A DNA stretch of 25,945 bases from a virus. Lineage: Duplodnaviria; Caudoviricetes. The notes below the pieces were generated by a model. It was not told where the DNA came from. It was given only the letters and a program-made list of their open reading frames with translations, and did no database searches. The position numbers and the translations under genes are program-made. The stretch lies in the IMG/VR virus record IMGVR_UViG_3300010376_000120, positions 1 through 25,945 of that record; one strand, 5' to 3'. Below, one piece after another: positions 9,386-17,646 of the stretch (position 1 is the stretch's first letter; each line of letters opens with the position of its first letter).

Positions 9386-9735
9386 CAGGACACCCCCGTG
9401 ATCGCTACCGGGGTGCCGTTGGCGTTCAGCGCGGCGAGGAACGTCACCGGAACCGCCCACGTCCACGTCGGCGTCGCCACGGTGTAGGCGACGGAAATGG
9501 ACGTCAGGCCCGGCAGGGTGTACGTCCCCGCACCGGCGCCGACAGTGACACCGCCGACAGACACGTTGGTGATCGTCGCGCCGTTCGCCGAGATGACCAC
9601 CGTGACCGCCGTGGTGGACGGGTTGGTGACCGGCACCCCAGTCGCGGGGAACGTCGGCGCGGCCAGCGCAGGCCACACCTGCGACGTGTACGAGCCGAAC
9701 GCCCCGGCTGACTCGCCGGTCACCGTCCTCGCCAT
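9385..9735 (-). CDS. Probable virion structural protein (Thr/Val/Gly-rich beta protein)
   Basis: 116 aa with GAGG RBS, in the post-capsid cluster. Confidence 0.65.
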   Translation of the reverse strand: MARTVTGESAGAFGSYTSQVWPALAAPTFPATGVPVTNPSTTAVTVVISANGATITNVSVGGVTVGAGAGTYTLPGLTSISVAYTVATPTWTWAVPVTFLAALNANGTPVAITGVS

Positions 9736-9737
9736 AT

Positions 9738-9890
9738 CTAGGTCCTCGTGTCCTTGCAGTTCGAACCGTCAGGGTTCTTGTGCGGTGTCGCGGTCACGGT
9801 GATGGTGACCGCCGAGTTGTACACCGCCGGCAGACCTGCCGACGACACCGTTTCGAAGACGCCAGGGTTGGCAACTGCCGCCTTAGCCAT
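9738..9890 (-). CDS. Hypothetical 50-aa protein
   Basis: GGAGG RBS, MAKAAVANPGVFETV...NCKDTRT*. Fills the gap exactly; below the ORF-track length cutoff. Confidence 0.6.
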   Translation of the reverse strand: MAKAAVANPGVFETVSSAGLPAVYNSAVTITVTATPHKNPDGSNCKDTRT

Positions 9891-9899
9891 CGCTGCCTC

Positions 9900-10355
9900 C
9901 TACGCAGACGGGATCCGCAGGTTCTGCGGCTTCCGCTGCACCGTCAGGTCGTACAGGATCGCCATGGGGCAGGTGGCACCCGTCCCGGCGACTGTGGCGT
10001 TGATGTAGTCGAACGTGTCCGCGAGCTGCGACACGAGAATGTCGACGTAGTTGAACTGGGTGTTGGCCGCGGGCATCGTCAGCGCGTTGCTGGCCCATGA
10101 CGCGGTGTTCTGCACCCACGCCGCGGTGTTGGCGGTGCGGGTGAACACCGCGTTGGTCTGCCCGAATCCGTTCGCCGGTGTCCACGTGGTAGACGAGCCG
10201 CCGAACGACGGCTTGGCGACGAACGTGAGGGTGGTGGCGGTGCTGCCCGACACGACGGCGTAGGCGATGCCTGACACGTCCTTGAGGCAGATGTCCACTC
10301 CGGACGGGTTGAACACCACGTCCACTACACGCCCGAGGGCGCGCATTCCAGCCAT
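9900..10355 (-). CDS. Capsid-associated / decoration protein (putative)
   Basis: Strong AAGGAGG RBS; first gene after the capsid gene; ends LYDLTVQRKPQNL. Confidence 0.65.
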   Translation of the reverse strand: MAGMRALGRVVDVVFNPSGVDICLKDVSGIAYAVVSGSTATTLTFVAKPSFGGSSTTWTPANGFGQTNAVFTRTANTAAWVQNTASWASNALTMPAANTQFNYVDILVSQLADTFDYINATVAGTGATCPMAILYDLTVQRKPQNLRIPSA

Positions 10356-10370
10356 GTGATTCCTCCTTGG

Positions 10371-10430
10371 AACCGGGGGTTAATGCGGTTTTGCTCACTC
10401 GGCCGGGCGGGGTGTTAATGCCGCCCGGCC
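10371..10430 (-). promoter_or_regulatory. Tandem stem-loops with near-identical 10-nt loops between capsid gene and next RBS
   Basis: Stem 10401-10410/10421-10430 (10 bp) has loop CAUUAACACC. Stem 10371-10375/10386-10390 (5 bp) has loop CAUUAACCCC. Confidence 0.65.
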
Positions 10431-10441
10431 TACACCAGTGG

Positions 10442-11869
10442 TCAGGCGTGCAGTCCGACGTACGCGGACAGCGTCACCGTCGAGTTGTTGTGCGGGGTGA
10501 GCGCCGACTGCAGCCACGGGCGGCCGTCGACACGCTCGATGATCCGGAACGCCGTCTGGTCGTTCTGGAACGCGAAATGCTCGGACGACTGGACAGACAT
10601 GGCCTGCCGGTCACCGACCAGGTAGTACGACGGGTCGATCAGGGAGATGTCGCCGAGGGTGCCCAGCTTCGGGACCTTCTCAGTGAAGTAGATCGGCCGG
10701 CCGAACAGCTGCATCGGCGGGGTGTTCGTCGCGTCGTTCGACGCGTACCCGCCGAACCAGATACCCGGCGACGCGTTCGCCGTCGACAGTTGCAGGCTGG
10801 CGATCTGCGCGAACGTGTCATGGGAGGCGATCCAGATAGCGTTGCGCTGCGACTGCGGCAGAAGCTGCTGCCACATGGCTACAACGTCCGGGTACTGGAT
10901 CTTGTTGGCTGTGGTCCGCGCGCCCGCGTTCGGGCCCACCGCCACATACGCGGGGGAGCCGATGACACCCTCCGGGGTCCCGGCGCCGGTTTCGGTGAGG
11001 AACGCGATGTCCTCGAAGTAGGCCAGGCCGACCGGGATACGCGAGTCGAACCAGCCGGAGAACGCCGGAGCGTCCGCCAGGAGCTCGTTCGGGACCTTGA
11101 AGAACCCGGTGAGCTTCTTCGCGTCGAGGACGATACGGCCGAACGACGCCTGCGACTCGGGCATCGCCGCGGACTCCTCAGCCCAGAAGAACTGAACCCC
11201 GCCGAACACGCTGGACACGTGCGAAGTGTCGTCAACGGTCGGGATCGGCACCCGCAGGGTGTTCATCGGGATCACGGTCGCCCGCGGCCGCATCACCGCT
11301 TCCTCCAGCGCCAGCTCGAGCAGCTGGGAGCGGAGGATTTCGGGGATGAGGAACCCGCCAGCACCTGGGTCCTCCGAACCGAACGAGTTCTGAAACTCGC
11401 GGACGTTGGCGAGTTTCTGCAGCATCGCCAGCCGGTTCGAGTTCGTCGTCGGCCGTGCTTCCTCGCGGATGGCCTGCAGGTACTCGCCGACCGACGTGAA
11501 CCGGTCCTCAGGCTTGACCTTCTGCTCCATCTGCGCGCCCGGAGCGTTCCGGTTGTACATCTGGCCCTTGTTGCGCCGGTTCAGCGGCGCGCCGCCGACG
11601 GTGACCTCGGGGCGGCCGTCTGCGGACAGCCGGGCGCCGATCCCGCCGGAGCCGGACACCATTTCCTGCACGCCGGCCTGGATCTGGTCCCGGAGCTGTG
11701 CCTGCAGGTCCGGGTCCCTGAGGGCCATCGTCCGGGCGTACCGGTTCATGAACTCGTCAGCGGTGTCCGGGTTCTCATACACCTTGGCGAACCGCTTGGG
11801 GTCGTGGTAAATCTCGCCCAGCTCGTCGGCGCTGGTCGGGATCGGAACCCCGTTGACCTTTTCGGCCAT
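10442..11869 (-). CDS. Major capsid protein (HK97 fold)
   Basis: 475 aa with GGFLIPE, FWAEESA, LFGRPIYFTE, DPSYYLVGDR and FQNDQTAFRIIERVDG; N-terminal delta-like domain. Confidence 0.95.
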   Translation of the reverse strand: MAEKVNGVPIPTSADELGEIYHDPKRFAKVYENPDTADEFMNRYARTMALRDPDLQAQLRDQIQAGVQEMVSGSGGIGARLSADGRPEVTVGGAPLNRRNKGQMYNRNAPGAQMEQKVKPEDRFTSVGEYLQAIREEARPTTNSNRLAMLQKLANVREFQNSFGSEDPGAGGFLIPEILRSQLLELALEEAVMRPRATVIPMNTLRVPIPTVDDTSHVSSVFGGVQFFWAEESAAMPESQASFGRIVLDAKKLTGFFKVPNELLADAPAFSGWFDSRIPVGLAYFEDIAFLTETGAGTPEGVIGSPAYVAVGPNAGARTTANKIQYPDVVAMWQQLLPQSQRNAIWIASHDTFAQIASLQLSTANASPGIWFGGYASNDATNTPPMQLFGRPIYFTEKVPKLGTLGDISLIDPSYYLVGDRQAMSVQSSEHFAFQNDQTAFRIIERVDGRPWLQSALTPHNNSTVTLSAYVGLHA

Positions 11870-11872
11870 GTT

Positions 11873-13108
11873 TTACTCCCTCCCAGCCAGTGCCAGGAAC
11901 CGCGCCGCCGACCGGTTGTCAGCGGACGAATCGTTGCCCCCCGAGGCGTCCCAGTTGTCCGGGATCGCCGACGACAGGCCCAGCGCCTTCGCGCGCTTGA
12001 TGATGTGCCGGCGTATCGCGTCGTGGGACGAGCCGCCGCGGCCGACAGCGTGGATAGCGTTGAGGAGGTCTTCCTCGTCGGCGATCGGATACGACCCGTC
12101 GGGCATCGCCTGCCCGTTAGAGGCCATCCGCCGCCGGTCGTCGGCGTTGTACTTGTCCGCTGCGAGGAGCACCGGATACCACCGGTTCGCCGGGAAATGG
12201 TCGTGGTCGGTGTCCCCGGCCGCGGACGTGTCGTTGTCGCCGTCACCGTCGAGGTCGTGCTCGTGGTGGTGGTCAGCGTCGCCGTCGTGATCATGCTGGT
12301 GGGCGGTGTGGTTAGCCGCCCCGTAGGCGGGATGGGCGTGGGCGTGGCTGCCGGTCATCGGCTCATGGTTGCCGTCCGCGGCCCGGAGTTCGTCGCGGAC
12401 GATGGAGCGGAGAAGGTTCTGCGCGGCCATCGCGTCGCGGCAGCACTGGTGGCCGAGTTCGGCGCAGGACTGCTGCCCCGCCTTGACGGGCAGCGTGCGC
12501 AGCGACGCGGCGATCTGCGACGGGACGTGGTAGGCGGCGAGGTCGAACCCGGCGGGCAACTCCGCGCCAACCCCTGCGACCCGGTCCGCCAGCCCGCGGC
12601 TGACGGATTCCTCGGCGGTAAACCAGGTTTCCTCATGCATGAGCGCCCGCCACTCACCGCGGCTCCCGCCCGCCCGCGACGCGTAAATTCCGGCCAGGTT
12701 GTCCGACACCTGGTCGAGGGTCTTCGCCATCTTCGCCATTTCGTCGGCGTTGCCCTCGAACGGCGCGAACGCGTCGTGGATCATCAGCATCGCGCCGGGC
12801 TGCACAACACGCTCGTGACCGGCCTGGAAGATCACCGACGCGATCGACGCGGCGAGCCCGTCGACGATGGTGGTCACCTTCCCTTTGTGACCCTTGATGG
12901 CGTTCATGATGGCGATGCCGTCCCAGACGACGCCGCCGCCGGAGTTGATGTGTACGTCCAGGGCTCCCCGCACACTGGAGAGGGCGCCGGCGAAGTCAGC
13001 GGCGGACACCCCGCCGCCGAACAGCCCGCCGCCGATGTCGTCGTAAACGTCCACCCGCGTCGTCTGGCCCTCGTTGCTGATGCGGCATTTCAGGGGGTGT
13101 TGTCTCAC
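11873..13108 (-). CDS. ClpP-like (S14) prohead protease with His-rich linker and C-terminal domain
   Basis: VHINSGGG, DGLAASIAS, MIHDA, ETWFTAEE, GLAD. Located between portal and capsid. Confidence 0.92.
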   Translation of the reverse strand: MRQHPLKCRISNEGQTTRVDVYDDIGGGLFGGGVSAADFAGALSSVRGALDVHINSGGGVVWDGIAIMNAIKGHKGKVTTIVDGLAASIASVIFQAGHERVVQPGAMLMIHDAFAPFEGNADEMAKMAKTLDQVSDNLAGIYASRAGGSRGEWRALMHEETWFTAEESVSRGLADRVAGVGAELPAGFDLAAYHVPSQIAASLRTLPVKAGQQSCAELGHQCCRDAMAAQNLLRSIVRDELRAADGNHEPMTGSHAHAHPAYGAANHTAHQHDHDGDADHHHEHDLDGDGDNDTSAAGDTDHDHFPANRWYPVLLAADKYNADDRRRMASNGQAMPDGSYPIADEEDLLNAIHAVGRGGSSHDAIRRHIIKRAKALGLSSAIPDNWDASGGNDSSADNRSAARFLALAGRE

Positions 13109-14484
13109 CGGGCACCTTCCAGGGAATTCCAGATAGCCAGCTGCCGCAGCGCCGCCGCGGCCTGGTCATCACCGCCGGCGGGGAGCGCCTGCTGTTCGGG
13201 CACCCAGCCAGGCGGCGCGGCCGGCGCCTGCGTCGCCACCTCAACCACGCCCATGTCCGGCAGGCCCACAACCTCGAGGACGTCATGCGGGTCGTAACCC
13301 GACTGGACGAGTTTCTGCGCCGCCTCCGCCTTCGCGGTCAGCTCCGCGTTGTCCTGTTCCCGGTTCACCGGCAGCGAGTAGATGTAGTCGAACTCGTACG
13401 GGATGACCGCGCCCGGCGGGTAGAACAGGGGCAGGAACTGGGTGTTAAGAACGTCTTTCCACCGGTCCAGCCGCGGCATGATCTTCCAGCTTCCGAACAC
13501 TTCCTCGCCGGTCTGCGCGTTGGCACGGTTGACGTCGTCGGTCACACCAGTCATCACCTTGTGCATGCCGTACGCCTCACGGATCGCATCCCGCGCGTCC
13601 AGGCGCAGGTTCACGAAATCCATGTCTTTCGCCGACGTGGACGTCTGCACGAAAGTGGCACCCTCCAGGGCGGCGATCCGGTGCGCGCGGCCCACACCGC
13701 GGTGCGCTTCACGCCACCGGTCGCAGAACTCGTCCCACTCGTCGTCCTCAAGCCGGTGATCAGTGGACAGGACACCGTCCGGGCGAGCCGAGTTGAGGAA
13801 AAAGTTCCTGTTCCACTCCCCCGCGTACCGGATCCCCTCAATCTCCGTCAGCACAGCCTGCGTCGGCCCGAGCCCGTCATACGGGTCGGTCGGGTTCGGA
13901 TACCGGTTCCAGATCACCTCATGGGGCAGAAGCGGCACTTTCTCCGACGAGTCAGGGGCGGTGTACCAGTAGCCCTTCAGGTAGTTGTCCGGGTCGGGCA
14001 CCGGTGTGAGACGGTCGGGGCGTACCGGCCACAAGCCGACGGGGAACGTCACGTTGGCGAAGTCGGCAACCCACGCCGACTTCCCCAGAATCTCCATCCA
14101 CAGCCCTGACAGTTCGAACATGCCGAACCGTGAGAACGCGGTCAGCCGGCGCCCGCCCGCGGTGTACACGGCAGGCTGGTTGAGGACGTTGAGGGCGGCG
14201 TGCTTGAGCACCTCGGTGCGCTGGTCGGAACCCTCGCTGGCGGTGGAGTACCGGACCCGGCCGTCAACTTTCGCCTTCTCATACAGCCGCCACTCCGGCT
14301 TCGCCGTGCTCGAGGCGAGAAGGCTGACGTTTGAGTTGACGGTGCCCTGCGACGCGTACGCCCGCAGCAGCGACTCCGCATCCCCGCCCATGCTCGTCGT
14401 TATGAACGTCGTCACCATCGACGACTGCGGGCCCGTCATCGGCACAGGAGTCCGGCCAGACACCTTCCCGATGAGCGACGCCAC
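13105..14484 (-). CDS. Portal protein (HK97 family)
   Basis: LWPVRPDRL, GLGPTQA, NFFLNSARPDGVL, KDMDF, REAYGM, NRANA. Confidence 0.93.
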   Translation of the reverse strand: MASLIGKVSGRTPVPMTGPQSSMVTTFITTSMGGDAESLLRAYASQGTVNSNVSLLASSTAKPEWRLYEKAKVDGRVRYSTASEGSDQRTEVLKHAALNVLNQPAVYTAGGRRLTAFSRFGMFELSGLWMEILGKSAWVADFANVTFPVGLWPVRPDRLTPVPDPDNYLKGYWYTAPDSSEKVPLLPHEVIWNRYPNPTDPYDGLGPTQAVLTEIEGIRYAGEWNRNFFLNSARPDGVLSTDHRLEDDEWDEFCDRWREAHRGVGRAHRIAALEGATFVQTSTSAKDMDFVNLRLDARDAIREAYGMHKVMTGVTDDVNRANAQTGEEVFGSWKIMPRLDRWKDVLNTQFLPLFYPPGAVIPYEFDYIYSLPVNREQDNAELTAKAEAAQKLVQSGYDPHDVLEVVGLPDMGVVEVATQAPAAPPGWVPEQQALPAGGDDQAAAALRQLAIWNSLEGAR

Positions 14485-14488
14485 CGTG

Positions 14489-14737
14489 CTAGCCCTGGAT
14501 CTTGAAATCCGCGATGAGCAGCGACACGCCCACCGACACCCACCCGGCCACAAACCCGAGGTGGAACATGCCGACCGTCACCGCAGTCAGGGCAGCGAAC
14601 GTGAGGACGTGTTCCTGCACCGCGGCCGCCAGGCGAGACGGCCGCCCCGACCGTCGCCGCGACCGCGCGTGCAGGACACCGATGACCGCGCCCAGCAGCG
14701 AACGACGGGGACGGCGTTCGGCGGTCACAGCGGTCAC
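14489..14737 (-). CDS. Small membrane protein preceding portal
   Basis: Basic N-terminus and two hydrophobic segments. GTG lies 6 nt after a TATGAT hexamer. Confidence 0.7.
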   Translation of the reverse strand: MTAVTAERRPRRSLLGAVIGVLHARSRRRSGRPSRLAAAVQEHVLTFAALTAVTVGMFHLGFVAGWVSVGVSLLIADFKIQG

Positions 14738-14743
14738 GAGCAA

Positions 14744-14797
14744 ATCATAAACCACAGATTGTGGGACTCCCACAATCTGTGCACCACAAAATAGCAT
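14744..14797. promoter_or_regulatory. Divergent promoter pair with perfect 29-bp palindrome
   Basis: CACAGATTGTGGGA-C-TCCCACAATCTGTG at 14753-14781. -10-like TATGAT (minus, 14749-14744) and TAGCAT (plus, 14792-14797) each lie 6 nt before a GTG with no RBS. Confidence 0.75.
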
Positions 14798-14803
14798 GTC
14801 GTT

Positions 14804-15130
14804 GTGGGAAACCTACGAGACGCCGACGACCTGCTCGAGTCGGCCGTGCGTGTCACCCTGGCCGCCCTCCACCTCGGCGACGAAGACCAGGCCGCCGCCA
14901 AAGCCGCGGTGATGATCGCCGAGAACATCGACGCCCACACTGACAAGGTGTACGCATGCCGGTGGCTGATGCCTGAACTGCTCAAATACCTGGTTGAACT
15001 CGGCGCCACCCCGGCCGCGCGGACAGCCATCAAAAAGGCCGCAGGTGGTGAGAACAATGCCCCCGCGACCGTCTCCCGCCTCGACCAGCTCCGCCAGTCC
15101 CGGACTACGCGCCGCCCCGCTGGGACTTAA
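14804..15130 (+). CDS. terS: Terminase small subunit
   Basis: 108 aa, helical, with LVELGATPAAR and SRLDQLRQSR. Directly upstream of TerL. Confidence 0.85.
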   Translation: MGNLRDADDLLESAVRVTLAALHLGDEDQAAAKAAVMIAENIDAHTDKVYACRWLMPELLKYLVELGATPAARTAIKKAAGGENNAPATVSRLDQLRQSRTTRRPAGT

Positions 15131-16589
15131 AGGCCGCACACAGCCCCGCATTTACACCCCGCCGCTACGACCCCTCAACCGGCGCACATCCGACGGGTAT
15201 GAGGTCGCTGACTTCGCTGAAATCACCGGGCAACCGCTCCTGCCCTGGCAGCGATGGACAGCTATCCACGCCCTGGAACTCAACCCGGACGGGTCTTACC
15301 GGTTCCGCATCGTCCTCATCATCGTCGCCAGGCAGAACGGCAAATCAGATCTCAAGCGCACCATCAGCCTGTGGCGCATGTACATGAACCCGCGCAGCCG
15401 GATACTCGGCGTCGCCCAGGAAGTCGGACTGGCCCGCGAGCAGTGGAACTTGTGCCAGGAAACCATCCACGGCGCTCCCGAGCTCGCCCCCGAATTTGAC
15501 CGCGCCAGGAACGTCAACGGCGACGAAATGTTCTGGCTCACCAACAAATCCCGGTACGCCATCAAAGCCGCCTCGAGGAAGGCAGGCCGCGGCGGGTCCA
15601 ACGACGAAGTCAACTTTGACGAGCTCCGCGAACAGAGAGACTGGCGGGCATGGGCGGCCGTCAGTAAGACGACGATGGCGCGGCCCAACTCGCAGATCTT
15701 CCTCATGTCCAACGCCGGCGACGACGAATCAGTGGTACTCAACCAGCTCCGCGAAGCCGCCATCACCGGCCGCGACCCCACCATCGGCATATTCGAATAC
15801 TCCGGTGCCTACGACGACCAGCGGTACTGCGACATCGACGACTGGCAGGAACTGGCGCAGGCAAACCCCGGACTCGGGTACATCATCAACCCGGCCGCGA
15901 TCGCATCCGCGATGACATCCGACCCCGCCGGGGTGTTCCGCACCGAAGTTCTCTGCCAAAGGGTCCGCCACGTCGACGCCGCCCTCGACATGAACGCCTG
16001 GGCCGACTGCGCAGACCCCGCCGTCACCATGGACACCCTCCGCCAGCGGCTAGCCGTATGCTTCGACGTCGCCCCCGACGGAGCCCACGCCACCCTCGCA
16101 GTCGCCGCACGCACCCAACACGGCCACATCCGCGGCGAAATCGCCGCCAGCTGGAACAACTTCGACCAGGCCTGGCGGGAACTCCCCGACCTACTCCACC
16201 GCATCCGCCCCTGCGCCGCCGGATGGTACCCCTCCGGACCATCCGCCGCCGCCGCCCCCATCTTCCGCCGCCCCGACGGCCGCATAGTCGACATGGACCA
16301 CGCCCGGCCAGGCGTCCCAGCCTACGAAGCCCTCCAGGGCGGCGCCGTCGTCGAAGCCTGCATGGGACTCGCCGAACTCGTCAAAGCCCGCCAGATCTTC
16401 CACAACAACGACCCCCTCCTCAACGACCACGCCGGCAACGCCACCCGCCTCAACGTCGGCGACGGCTGGCGATTCGCACGCCGCGACACCGAAACCGGCC
16501 ACGTAGACGCCGTCTACGCATTCGCCGGCGCCGTCCGCCTCGCCCTCCTCCTCCCCGAACGCAGACGAGTCCGCCTCCTCACTGCATAA
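15057..16589 (+). CDS. terL: Terminase large subunit (start uncertain)
   Basis: LLPWQ, Walker A ARQNGKS, Walker B VNFDE, coupling motif SNAG, ANPGLG, nuclease FDVAPD and VDAVYA. Confidence 0.96.
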   Translation: MPPRPSPASTSSASPGLRAAPLGLKGRTQPRIYTPPLRPLNRRTSDGYEVADFAEITGQPLLPWQRWTAIHALELNPDGSYRFRIVLIIVARQNGKSDLKRTISLWRMYMNPRSRILGVAQEVGLAREQWNLCQETIHGAPELAPEFDRARNVNGDEMFWLTNKSRYAIKAASRKAGRGGSNDEVNFDELREQRDWRAWAAVSKTTMARPNSQIFLMSNAGDDESVVLNQLREAAITGRDPTIGIFEYSGAYDDQRYCDIDDWQELAQANPGLGYIINPAAIASAMTSDPAGVFRTEVLCQRVRHVDAALDMNAWADCADPAVTMDTLRQRLAVCFDVAPDGAHATLAVAARTQHGHIRGEIAASWNNFDQAWRELPDLLHRIRPCAAGWYPSGPSAAAAPIFRRPDGRIVDMDHARPGVPAYEALQGGAVVEACMGLAELVKARQIFHNNDPLLNDHAGNATRLNVGDGWRFARRDTETGHVDAVYAFAGAVRLALLLPERRRVRLLTA

Positions 16590-16759
16590 ACATGCAGCCC
16601 AGACACACAAACGCATGGGTTCGAAGATCGTTAAGACGTGCCCCGGCCGCCTGGGGGGAGGGATTTAGAGTGGCGGGCTCTGGTGGGCCCTTATCTCACT
16701 GGACTTTTTCGCGTCGGATGCCGTCGCGGCGAGAGAATATGCGGTGCATAACCATGCAG
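16582..16759. other. Putative cos/pac (packaging) region bounded by repeated palindromic motifs
   Basis: CTGCATAAACATGCAG at 16582-16597 and GTGCATAACCATGCAG at 16744-16759. GC-rich CCCCGGCCGCCTGGGGGGAGGG lies between them. Located between TerL and HNH, where strand skew inverts. Confidence 0.55.
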
Positions 16760-17051
16760 TGGATGGTTTAGGTGCAGGGTCTTGTGTCTGGCTGGTCTGC
16801 CGGTAGCCTCTGCCCTGCTGTGCTGTGACCTTGCGGTGGCACCCTTCGCAGAGGGTGCGGAGGTTGGTGAGCTGGTGTGTGCCGCCTTGTGAGACTGGGG
16901 TGATGTGGTCGACTTGCGGATGCCGGTTGCTGCCGCATAGGACGCATTGCCCCCTGTCTCGTTTCAGGGCGAGCCCCCTCTGTTTACGCCAGTCGGGGCC
17001 GTATGTGCGGCTACTCTGCCGGCGGGTCTGCGGATCGTTCTTCCATGGCAT
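16665..17051 (-). CDS. HNH endonuclease (terminase-associated type)
   Basis: YGPDWRKQR..ALKRD, CVLC, VDHITP...GG, NLRTLCEGCH. Confidence 0.93.
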   Translation of the reverse strand: MPWKNDPQTRRQSSRTYGPDWRKQRGLALKRDRGQCVLCGSNRHPQVDHITPVSQGGTHQLTNLRTLCEGCHRKVTAQQGRGYRQTSQTQDPAPKPSTAWLCTAYSLAATASDAKKSSEIRAHQSPPL

Positions 17052-17184
17052 TGCGTGCGTAGATTCTGTCGGTGAGTGGTGTGGGCGGGATGATGGCGGC
17101 GGTTACTTCTGCTGCGAGCATGTGGAAGATGTCGGTGACGCATAGTTCGATGCGGTCGCGGATGCGGTCACGCAGGCTTGCCAC
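17011..17184 (-). CDS. Hypothetical 57-aa protein
   Basis: GAGG RBS, then GTG: MASLRDRIRDRIELCVTDIFHML...PPAE*. Fills the gap before HNH. Confidence 0.5.
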   Translation of the reverse strand: MASLRDRIRDRIELCVTDIFHMLAAEVTAAIIPPTPLTDRIYARNAMEERSADPPAE

Positions 17185-17371
17185 GTCTACCTCGGAATAG
17201 GCGTGTGACAGTGTCGAACACGTATTTGATGGGCGCGAAGATGAGCCATAGCAGGGCGAGCAGGAACGCTATGGGCAGGCCTTTCCAGCCCCAGAACGCA
17301 GGCAGGCCGGGTGTGTCGTCGTTCTGCTGCCCAGATTCGCCATCCGATGGTGGCGAGGAGTGCGGCGTCAC
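17168..17371 (-). CDS. Small single-pass membrane protein
   Basis: LPIAFLLALLWLIFAPI followed by a basic tail; GTGA overlap. Confidence 0.6.
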   Translation of the reverse strand: MTPHSSPPSDGESGQQNDDTPGLPAFWGWKGLPIAFLLALLWLIFAPIKYVFDTVTRLFRGRRGKPA

Positions 17372-17646
17372 CGAGTAGCAGGCTTAGCAGCAGCTGGAGC
17401 ATTGGGGGTGACCGGGCGTGGTGCGTGGCGCGGGATGAGGGCGAACCGTCCGATCCACGGGAACCACTTCTCGAGCTGGCCGACGATGATGGTGACGGCT
17501 GCTGTGCCGGCGGCGGTGAGTGCGCCGGTGATCCAGACTTGCAGGTCGGCGGGGACGGTCCAGCCGAGGTGTGCGACCCAGGCGACGAGGGCGCCGACGA
17601 CGATGCTGACTGCGAGCTTGAGCAGGGCTAGCAGGTACTGCGTCAT
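17368..17646 (-). CDS. Holin-like membrane protein
   Basis: Two TM segments, LEKWFPWIGRF and a basic C-terminus; GGAG RBS and ATGA overlap. Confidence 0.6.
   Translation of the reverse strand: MTQYLLALLKLAVSIVVGALVAWVAHLGWTVPADLQVWITGALTAAGTAAVTIIVGQLEKWFPWIGRFALIPRHAPRPVTPNAPAAAKPATR

Noticed and set aside
10367-13297. 976-aa plus-strand ORF, and similar long antisense ORFs at 2707..4185 and 7158..8573
   Set aside because: Shadow frames of clear minus-strand genes in high-GC DNA; no recognisable motifs.
14740-16760. Actively invertible terminase segment
   Set aside because: No inverted repeats shared by the two boundaries were seen, and there is no recombinase in the window.
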